A DNA stretch of 64,000 nucleotides from Enterobacter phage phiEap-3, in the sequence record KT321315.1; one strand, written 5' to 3'. A program made the position numbers and the translations under genes. Positions 36,019-43,030 of the stretch are shown here, in pieces (position 1 is the stretch's first letter; every line of letters begins with the position of its first letter). The notes under the pieces are model-generated. The model was not told the origin of the DNA and ran no database searches. It worked only from the letters and a program-made list of their open reading frames with translations.

Positions 36019-36571
36019 GTTCTTTTGTGCGATCGTGGTTCAATACTACCCACTTGTCGCCGCGCTGTTCAATGTGTTCTGTAATGTCTTTTAATGACTT
36101 ATCCAGATCCAATGATTCAGCCTCTTCACGGATAATAGTCAAATCCACGGGCAGTGTCAACAACCTTTTCACTCCGCTGATATCATCCAGCATAGAATCA
36201 TATGCAAGGGTTACATGCGGCTTGTAATCCGGGTAATCGTATGTTGCGCCAGCATCAATTGAATCTTTGAAACGGCTATGCAGGTATTCAGATTCCAGGA
36301 TCCCTACGATAGTACTACCGTATTTTGTGTCCCACTTTTCAACATCAACCAGTTTAGCAGGTTCTATAATGTCCTGCTGTGGGAACAAATCAACCGTTTT
36401 CCGGCTGTATACGATCGTTGTATGCATCTTCTCGGCTGAAACAGCATTCTTTGTGATACCTAATGTCTTTTGAACATTTTTCAAAGCCTCACACGAAGCC
36501 TGATCGAATTTAGCACACATGTAGATACCAGGATCTACAACAGGTTTTGTGATTTCAAGAAATGATTTCAT
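35948..36571 (-). CDS. 57B: 2H phosphoesterase (LigT-like), Acb1 / gene 57B-like anti-CBASS candidate
   Basis: Two H-x-T/S-x motifs (HTTIVYS ... HVTLAYD). Lies immediately upstream of 57A, as T4 57B (acb1) does. About 207 aa, versus about 150 aa in T4. Confidence 0.6.
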   Translation of the reverse strand: MKSFLEITKPVVDPGIYMCAKFDQASCEALKNVQKTLGITKNAVSAEKMHTTIVYSRKTVDLFPQQDIIEPAKLVDVEKWDTKYGSTIVGILESEYLHSRFKDSIDAGATYDYPDYKPHVTLAYDSMLDDISGVKRLLTLPVDLTIIREEAESLDLDKSLKDITEHIEQRGDKWVVLNHDRTKELGEYDSKAAAEKRLRQIEYFKNQ

Positions 36572-36582
36572 AAAACACCCCA

Positions 36583-36606
36583 ATAAAAAAGGGGCCGAAG
36601 CCCCTT
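36583..36606 (-). terminator. rho-independent terminator (aggggccgaagcccct + TTTTTT on the minus strand) between 57A and 57B
   Basis: Same 16-nt hairpin as at 32767..32782. Its reverse complement occurs at 57736..57751. Confidence 0.6.
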
Positions 36607-36622
36607 TGTAATAAATTTGTTT

Positions 36623-36895
36623 TTACGCTTCTTCGCCAAAGGCGGCTTCATCTTCCGCGTCTTTGGCGACTTCAACGGAAGGGATCAGAGCGGATACCGC
36701 ACCAATCACTGCTTCTGGGGTTACTGGCTGGCTTGCGTCAATACCCAGTACCGAACACAGGTCGGACAGAAGTTGACGATGAACCGACAGTTCACTTTCT
36801 TTTTGCGCGATAACTTCGTTAAGATCGAATGCGCGGCCTTTCAGTACCAGTACTTCATTTTGCAGTTTTTGAATATCAGACATTTTATTACCCAT
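36623..36895 (-). CDS. 57A: tail fibre assembly chaperone gp57A
   Basis: Small all-helical protein with an acidic C-terminus (AKDAEDEAAFGEEA). Positioned between 57B and gene 1, as in T4. Confidence 0.6.
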   Translation of the reverse strand: MGNKMSDIQKLQNEVLVLKGRAFDLNEVIAQKESELSVHRQLLSDLCSVLGIDASQPVTPEAVIGAVSALIPSVEVAKDAEDEAAFGEEA

Positions 36896-36897
36896 TG

Positions 36898-37593
36898 TTA
36901 AAATTTAAAAGTATCGAGCACTTTGCTCTTTAGTTGTTTCAAAGTACCTTCGTTAGTGATGATACTATCTCCCGGTTGAGGTGTCAAACCTTTTTCCGTA
37001 GAATGTTCATCAACAATTCCGGTATCCTTTACAATAAACACAAACTTAGCACCCAAACGTTTCAGGTATTTATATTCGTGTTCCTGACGACAGTCAGTTA
37101 CCAGAAGGTGATTGTATTCGTCACCAGCATATTTATTGACGAATCTTTCCAGTGTGTAACGAATCCAAACCGTGTTATCATACTTGCATACGATATCAGT
37201 TCCAAACACTTGCATCAAGCGTCTGATACTCCAGGGAGTATCGTTATTCATAATCAGGTTACGGATATCATCAGGATGATAAACAATATTGTATCCGCGT
37301 TCTTTGAGGATTTCAAGCCCGATTCTGAAAATATTTAGAACATCTTCATTAGACATCACAAGAGGTTTCTCTCGATCGCCTTCATAAAAAATAGCATCCG
37401 GATCAGAATATTTTCCTTCAACCAGACTACGAATGTATGGTTTATCGTAACCATATCGCTGCATTGCTACTCTTAGCGTTCTTTTGATACCAAATGCCAG
37501 TGCTTCACACTGAACATCATTGTACGCCTCTTGAATAAATTTAGCAACCGTATCTTTACCAGTTCGCTTCTTTCCACTAATCACATAAATCAT
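36898..37593 (-). CDS. 1: deoxynucleoside monophosphate kinase gp1
   Basis: P-loop ISGKKRTGKDT. 231 aa. Synteny 57A-1-3. Confidence 0.75.
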   Translation of the reverse strand: MIYVISGKKRTGKDTVAKFIQEAYNDVQCEALAFGIKRTLRVAMQRYGYDKPYIRSLVEGKYSDPDAIFYEGDREKPLVMSNEDVLNIFRIGLEILKERGYNIVYHPDDIRNLIMNNDTPWSIRRLMQVFGTDIVCKYDNTVWIRYTLERFVNKYAGDEYNHLLVTDCRQEHEYKYLKRLGAKFVFIVKDTGIVDEHSTEKGLTPQPGDSIITNEGTLKQLKSKVLDTFKF

Positions 37594-38123
37594 TAGCTCA
37601 TTCTCTTTTGTGAAGATACTACTTTTCCGTCAATTTCAACTTCCATATGAAGGAAGCCAAAAGTTGCCATACATGTAACCGCTTCATCACTATCGTTAGT
37701 ATAACCCAATTCAACCTCACCCAAGTTTGTTGGGAAGGCACCATAAAATCTAAATGTGGCGATCGTTTTCATCTGGGAGTTATCCAGGATATGCACAGCG
37801 AATGATTGCTTAGGATCATCCCACGCAACAGAGTTAAACTCGTTGTAATCGTTTGTGCTCAACATCCATATGTAAATCCCAAGATACGATCTCATTTCCT
37901 CATCGACTACAAAGCGGATCATCAAAGGATCAAACTCAAAAGCCGAACCAGGTACTTTACCTCGAACCATCATATTTGCAGGAATATCAACTGCTGGGAG
38001 GTTCATTGATGGTAGTGTAACCCCTTGAACTTGTAAAGTCAAACCTTTCATGTAACTGTTATCAGGAATATCAACCCGAAAATTTGTAGGCGAGATTTGG
38101 TTTAAAATCATTTCTGTAGACAT
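37593..38123 (-). CDS. 3: tail tube terminator / sheath stabiliser gp3
   Basis: 176 aa, the same length as T4 gp3. ATGA coupling with gene 1. Confidence 0.7.
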   Translation of the reverse strand: MSTEMILNQISPTNFRVDIPDNSYMKGLTLQVQGVTLPSMNLPAVDIPANMMVRGKVPGSAFEFDPLMIRFVVDEEMRSYLGIYIWMLSTNDYNEFNSVAWDDPKQSFAVHILDNSQMKTIATFRFYGAFPTNLGEVELGYTNDSDEAVTCMATFGFLHMEVEIDGKVVSSQKRMS

Positions 38124-38201
38124 AGGATCTCCTTTCCTCTATTTAGCGGGGAACGGGATCGAAGCGCCTGACGGGGTAATATAAAAATTTGAAGAAAGTA
38201 C

Positions 38202-38230
38202 TTGACCTTTTAAAATCTTTGATCTATAAT
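38202..38230 (+). promoter_or_regulatory. near-consensus sigma70 promoter P1 (TTGACC-17-TATAAT, GATC abutting the -10)
   Basis: TTGACC at 38202..38207 and TATAAT at 38225..38230, 17-nt spacer. In the AT-rich gp3/insert intergenic region. Confidence 0.6.
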
Positions 38231-38318
38231 AATTATTAATTAAAATTTTATCAAAAAGATCTAACAAGATCAAGTAAAATTTAATAAATAATTTATCAAA
38301 AATTTTTTAGATCTGATC

Positions 38319-38348
38319 TTGAATTCATAAATTTTATGATCTATAATA
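38319..38348 (+). promoter_or_regulatory. sigma70 promoter P2 (TTGAAT-18-TATAAT), repeat of the tgatcTATAAT -10 element
   Basis: TTGAAT at 38319..38324 and TATAAT at 38343..38348. Confidence 0.5.
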
Positions 38349-38492
38349 TATTAATATTTTATTTTATCATAAATTTTTATGAAGATCAATACCTAGATCT
38401 AATAAATTTTATGCTTTTTCTGAAAACTTTTCCTTTACCCCGTCACTAAATACTGGTACTATATTCCCATATTGGAAATCAGGAAAAACAAA

Positions 38493-39281
38493 ATGACTCA
38501 CTTGAAAAAATTCAAAGAATTTCTGACCGAAGGTAAAACCCTCGCTCGTACTGTAGCACGTGGTCAACGTGCCAAAACTTCCGATAAACATTCAATCGGT
38601 TTTCTTCACTTCAAACATGGTTCTGATTTCGAAGTTTTAGCACCGGATTCTCACGATCTGGCATACTTCGGTAAAAACATTGTACGTTTGAAAGGTATGA
38701 CTACTGGTAAAGTTCAAGCGGCTTATGTCGATTGGGCTAAAGGTACTGTTTCTTTCTACAGTGGCAATCCGGATGATGATCTGGATTTCGACAAACCAGA
38801 AAAATTCAAAGCTGCTACTCTGTATGAAGAGGCGGAAGAAAATCTGGATCTGTATAACCAGTTAGCAGAAGATTTCGAAATCGAGATCCCTATGGATGAA
38901 GCTCTGGTGAAAGGTAAAGTTTACAAACTCCCAAGCAACGATATGCGTCTTCTGTACACTGGGCGTTCTAAAACTAAAGCAAGCGGTGAATATGCAGTGT
39001 TTACCGTAGTTGATGCTTCCGGCAAACCTCGCCTAGTATCTGGTAAAAAATTCACCCAAGAATATAAAGGCGATATGGTTTCTAAACTGGTTCTGGCTGA
39101 ATCCGAAGATCTGAATGAAGCGGCTAAAGGCATTCGCGAAAAAGTTATTGCTGTGATGGTGAAACGCGGGTTTAACGAAAAAGATGCAGAAAAGATGGTT
39201 GACAAAAACCTGAAAGATGCTATGAAAGTTAGACCTGGTGCGACCCCTGGCAAACTTGCAGAAATAGTTAGCACCCTGTAA
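38493..39281 (+). CDS. hypothetical Cys-free, Lys/Glu/Asp-rich protein (262 aa) inserted between gp3 and gp2 in divergent orientation
   Basis: ATG at 38493 with RBS AGGA. The ORF-track start at 38472 is TTG. Strong codon bias (cgt/ggt/ctg/aaa/gaa). Own promoters and terminator. Confidence 0.6.
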   Translation: MTHLKKFKEFLTEGKTLARTVARGQRAKTSDKHSIGFLHFKHGSDFEVLAPDSHDLAYFGKNIVRLKGMTTGKVQAAYVDWAKGTVSFYSGNPDDDLDFDKPEKFKAATLYEEAEENLDLYNQLAEDFEIEIPMDEALVKGKVYKLPSNDMRLLYTGRSKTKASGEYAVFTVVDASGKPRLVSGKKFTQEYKGDMVSKLVLAESEDLNEAAKGIREKVIAVMVKRGFNEKDAEKMVDKNLKDAMKVRPGATPGKLAEIVSTL

Positions 39282-39285
39282 AAAT

Positions 39286-39316
39286 AAAGCCCCTTCCTTC
39301 CGGTTGGGGCTTTTTG
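39286..39316 (+). terminator. rho-independent terminator (aagccccttccttccggttggggcttttt)
   Basis: Near-identical to the terminator after gp25 (1141..1176). Confidence 0.7.
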
Positions 39317-39317
39317 A

Positions 39318-40172
39318 TTAGTATTTGCTCCAGACTTTTTTCGCGCCGTAAGGTTTCCCTTTGGACATAAATTGCTGAGTCGGTAGCCAAACAGCTTTCG
39401 CCCAATCCTTCGGGGCAATCTCTGCTAATGGTGATTTTAGGTGTGATGGTAGATATGCTTTGATCATTTCTGTTGCGCCTCGCATACCTTTCACGTTACC
39501 CCAGTTAATTTTAAGCACGGTCTTGTTAGAGAGGCGTTTAGTGGATCCGTACCCTCGCTTCAATAACTCTTCTAAAAACTCCTGTCGTGCTCTGGGTGGC
39601 GCATAGTGCAAGTTCAAACCATAGAACACCAAGTTACCCGCTTTTGATCTTCCGGATCCTAAGAAAATGATCAGTGGAAATCTATCCCAGTACGGTAGGG
39701 TGTCTTTATATTTTGCATCATATGCAAACGTGTACAAGCGACCCGTTGCTGGTTTTGCCACACGGTGTGTTTTGATACTGGTTTTGATGAAATTACCAAA
39801 CCATTCTGTCGAATCTTTCTGTCGCTTTGCTGCTGATACACCAACAGTGATCTTTTTCAGACTATTACGGAAATCGTTGATGATCTCGATCCCGTGTTTT
39901 TTACGGTAGTCATTACGTTTTTTACGGGCTTCTGTCTCTGCTGAACGTCGTTCAATCTCATCATCGATCTGTTTTTTGTAACGATGCATTGACTTTGTGA
40001 ACGTTGCGTAGTTTAATCCCTCAGAATCGGCAAAACGTTTAGCAGAAACACCTTTCGTTTTCGCCTTGCGGAATTTGATCCCCAGTTCAACCCAATCACT
40101 CAATTTGCGTTTGGGCGGTGCTTTGGGTTTATCCTCTTCCGCGATGATCTCAAACTCAAAAATAAAACTCAT
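39318..40172 (-). CDS. 2: DNA end protector protein gp2
   Basis: 284 aa (T4 gp2 274 aa). Position between gp3 and gp4. Basic, Lys/Arg-rich C-terminal half. Confidence 0.65.
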   Translation of the reverse strand: MSFIFEFEIIAEEDKPKAPPKRKLSDWVELGIKFRKAKTKGVSAKRFADSEGLNYATFTKSMHRYKKQIDDEIERRSAETEARKKRNDYRKKHGIEIINDFRNSLKKITVGVSAAKRQKDSTEWFGNFIKTSIKTHRVAKPATGRLYTFAYDAKYKDTLPYWDRFPLIIFLGSGRSKAGNLVFYGLNLHYAPPRARQEFLEELLKRGYGSTKRLSNKTVLKINWGNVKGMRGATEMIKAYLPSHLKSPLAEIAPKDWAKAVWLPTQQFMSKGKPYGAKKVWSKY

Positions 40173-40187
40173 GTTTCCCTCCAGGGA

Positions 40188-40655
40188 TTACTGACCTCGC
40201 CACCCAAAAACTTTTTTGAGTGATTCTTCTGTTACGATTTTGAACTGCCAGCCTTTTTGACGGCATAGCTCATTTGCGGCTTTCCACTTATCAATATTAA
40301 CTGTATAGGTGTAAAGAGCATCAATAAATTTCTTTTTATTGTGTACGTTGTTGTTTACTGGCTTCGGTGGGGGCATGGTTTCTTTAAGGGGCTTAACCTC
40401 CCAAAGATATGTAGTACCATTTTCCATTTCCACATAGAAATCCATGTAATAGCGTCTTCTCTTACCGTCTGCGTTGCAGAAATACGGGATCACTATACAT
40501 TCAGAATTCCAACGTTTTACGTGTGGGTTTTTATCCAGCCACTTCATAACGTAGCGCTCCCACGATGACCTATACGTAATCTTTCGCGGATCGCCTTTAT
40601 ACTTCTGTATGTTTTCGGGTACAAACGACCCTTTATACGTCTGTCTTCCAGCCAT
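40188..40655 (-). CDS. 4: head completion protein gp4 (gp4/gp50/gp65 family)
   Basis: 155 aa. N-terminus TYKGSFVPENIQKYKGDPRKITYRSSWE matches the gp4 family. Divergent from gp53, as in T4. Confidence 0.75.
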   Translation of the reverse strand: MAGRQTYKGSFVPENIQKYKGDPRKITYRSSWERYVMKWLDKNPHVKRWNSECIVIPYFCNADGKRRRYYMDFYVEMENGTTYLWEVKPLKETMPPPKPVNNNVHNKKKFIDALYTYTVNIDKWKAANELCRQKGWQFKIVTEESLKKVFGWRGQ

Positions 40656-40705
40656 TGCGTAAATCCTAAATAGAATAATATAACGTTTAGATAGGGGAAC
40701 TTATC

Positions 40706-41260
40706 GTGCTATTTTCATACTTCCCGCCTGTTGATTACAAAGGCACCCAGACAACTGATATTTTCCGAGACTATCGATTTTATTTTAATCGTGTGATTGG
40801 AAAATATAAAACCCGTAGTTACCAGATAACAGGTACACTACGACCTGAACAACTTGCAGAATCATTATATGGAAACCAGCAATACTACTGGATCCTGTTG
40901 ATGCTTAACTCTGTTTATGACCCTTTCTATGGTTGGATCACCGATCAGGAAGCCGCGTATCAGTGCGCTATACAGCGTTATTCTGAGGTTGGCGGTGAAC
41001 AGGTTCTGTATCATGTAGATGAAAACAACAACAAGTATTATAACCTTGTCGAAGACCCCAATAACCCTGGTCATTGGTATGACAAAGGTGACAAACCAAT
41101 GCTGTATTTACAGTATCAAGGTGTATTAGCTCCTGTAGATATTTATGAAGATGCAGTGTTGCAAAATGAAGCAAAACGAACAATAAAAATCATTAGTCCG
41201 TCTGACATCCAGGCGTTTCTGAATGATTTTATTAAAGAAATGGAAAAGGCTAACTCATGA
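40706..41260 (+). CDS. 53: baseplate wedge subunit gp53
   Basis: GTG start. Collinear with T4 gp53 as I remember it (MLF..F.P..Y, DIFRNY, YWVLLM/YWILLM, DPYYGWIT/DPFYGWIT, QEAAYQ, YHV.EN). Confidence 0.8.
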   Translation: MLFSYFPPVDYKGTQTTDIFRDYRFYFNRVIGKYKTRSYQITGTLRPEQLAESLYGNQQYYWILLMLNSVYDPFYGWITDQEAAYQCAIQRYSEVGGEQVLYHVDENNNKYYNLVEDPNNPGHWYDKGDKPMLYLQYQGVLAPVDIYEDAVLQNEAKRTIKIISPSDIQAFLNDFIKEMEKANS

Positions 41261-43026
41261 AATTAGGCGGAAATTTACACTCCCCTTTCTTTGATGGGGT
41301 GGTTGAAAACGTTGATGATCCGCGCGGGTTGGGCCGTGTTCAAGTCCGTGTATTTGGACAACACCCAGCCCAAAAACAAAAATCCGATGCAATCGGTGTT
41401 CCTGTTGAAGATTTACCCTGGATGATGCCTATTCAGGATATTAGAAGCGCTGCGATCTCTGGTGTGGGCTTCTCTCCAACTGGTATCACTCGCGGATCCT
41501 TTGTTGTTGGTTATTGGCGTGACAAATGGCACCAAGATGGTATGATAATCGGTACTGTCGCTGGTGAATATGTCGAACAACCAGACACACAGAAAGGTTT
41601 TTGCGATCCTATGGGTGAATACCCTCGCTATGTTGGTAACGATGTTAACTCCCTTGCTTTAGGTGGTTTGAAAGGCAAAGGATCATCAAGTGTCATCATT
41701 CGTGATTCAAACACAAGCATAGCAGTAAACCCAGACGATCGCCCACTGGATGAGATACCAGAAGATAACCGCCCTGATACGGGTGGATTTACGATCGAAA
41801 AGATGCTCAAGCAGGATGAAGGGATCCGCACACGCTGGTATACAGACAGTGAAGGATATCCGACAATTGGGATCGGGCATTTGCTTATCCGCGAAAAGAC
41901 TCGCGACACGGCAAAAATTAACGCTGCGATCAGTAAGGCGGTAGGTCGAGAAGTAACAAACGGGACAATAACGGCAGAAGAGGTATCAACCTTATTTGCT
42001 CAAGATTTAGCCAAAGTAAGATCTGATATTCAGAGAACAGCTAACGTCCGTGAAGTGTATGTGAACCTCAACCGTCCTCGTCAAATGGCGATCGAAAACA
42101 TGTCGTTTCAAATGGGCGTCGGTGGTGTTGCTAAATTCACCAATACCCTAAAAGCGATGAAAAATGAAGATTGGCAAGCGGCTTATAATGGTCTTCGAAA
42201 TTCACTATGGGCTAGTCAAACTCCAGGCCGTTCTTCTCGCGTGTCTAAAATCGTCCTCACGGGCAACCTTGAATCATATGGGGTACAAGTACCAGATCCG
42301 GAAGGGCGCTCTCTGAGTGCTGCTTACGCTGCGTATAACGGTGCTACATTGCTGGCGGCTAGTCCGGAAGATCCGTTTACTCCTGGTGATACCCGTGTGA
42401 TGTTTGAAGAACCAGCATCATCGTATAATGCTGAATATCCGTACAATATGGTTTTTGAATCGAGATCCGGACACATCCAGGAATTCGATGATACCCCAGG
42501 ATACGAACGATATAACCGCGTTCACCCAGCAGGAAGTTACGAAGAAATTCGCCCGGATGGAACCCGCGTTGTTAAAATCGTAGGGGATGATTATCAAATT
42601 GTGATGCAGGGCCGTAAACTCAACGTTAAAGGCAACTTGCAGGTAGTTATTGAAGGTGATGCGTTCATTTACAACATGGGTAACGTTCAACAGACGGTTG
42701 ATGGTAACGTAACTGAATTTGTTCGTGGCAACGTTCAACAAACGGTTGAAGGTGAGTACGTTGGTCTGATTAAAGGCAATGCTGAACTAACTGTAAACAA
42801 AGATGCAACAGTTAACGTTGATCAGAATCTTACCGCAAATGTGAAACAGAATGCAACCGTGGCTGTAACAGAAGACGCAACGGTCACTGCAAAAAATGCG
42901 AAAATTGAGATTGAAGAAACGATGGATATCGGTGCTAAAGATATCAATATCAAAGCAACGAATAACACGTTTATTGATTCTGGCGCATTAACAAAAATCA
43001 CTGGCGGCACCGTCCAAGTGGGGTAA
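41257..43026 (+). CDS. 5: baseplate hub subunit and tail lysozyme gp5
   Basis: N-terminal OB-fold region. Central T4-lysozyme-like domain (DEGIRTRWYTDSEGYPTIGIGHLL ... MSFQMGVGGVAKFTN). C-terminal beta-helix repeats (VKGNLQVVIEGDA..., VNVDQNLTANVKQNATVAV). Confidence 0.9.
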   Translation: MKLGGNLHSPFFDGVVENVDDPRGLGRVQVRVFGQHPAQKQKSDAIGVPVEDLPWMMPIQDIRSAAISGVGFSPTGITRGSFVVGYWRDKWHQDGMIIGTVAGEYVEQPDTQKGFCDPMGEYPRYVGNDVNSLALGGLKGKGSSSVIIRDSNTSIAVNPDDRPLDEIPEDNRPDTGGFTIEKMLKQDEGIRTRWYTDSEGYPTIGIGHLLIREKTRDTAKINAAISKAVGREVTNGTITAEEVSTLFAQDLAKVRSDIQRTANVREVYVNLNRPRQMAIENMSFQMGVGGVAKFTNTLKAMKNEDWQAAYNGLRNSLWASQTPGRSSRVSKIVLTGNLESYGVQVPDPEGRSLSAAYAAYNGATLLAASPEDPFTPGDTRVMFEEPASSYNAEYPYNMVFESRSGHIQEFDDTPGYERYNRVHPAGSYEEIRPDGTRVVKIVGDDYQIVMQGRKLNVKGNLQVVIEGDAFIYNMGNVQQTVDGNVTEFVRGNVQQTVEGEYVGLIKGNAELTVNKDATVNVDQNLTANVKQNATVAVTEDATVTAKNAKIEIEETMDIGAKDINIKATNNTFIDSGALTKITGGTVQVG

Positions 43027-43030
43027 TTAA

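Noticed and set aside
33435-36583. Expected T4-style tRNA gene cluster between nudE and 57B
   Set aside because: No non-coding gap of tRNA size exists there and no cloverleaf-like sequence was recognised by eye. A tRNA scan could still find an isolated tRNA elsewhere. None is reported.
38921-39418. 165-aa minus-strand ORF inside the 262-aa plus-strand insert gene
   Set aside because: Antisense shadow of a gene with a strong RBS, promoter, terminator and coherent codon bias.
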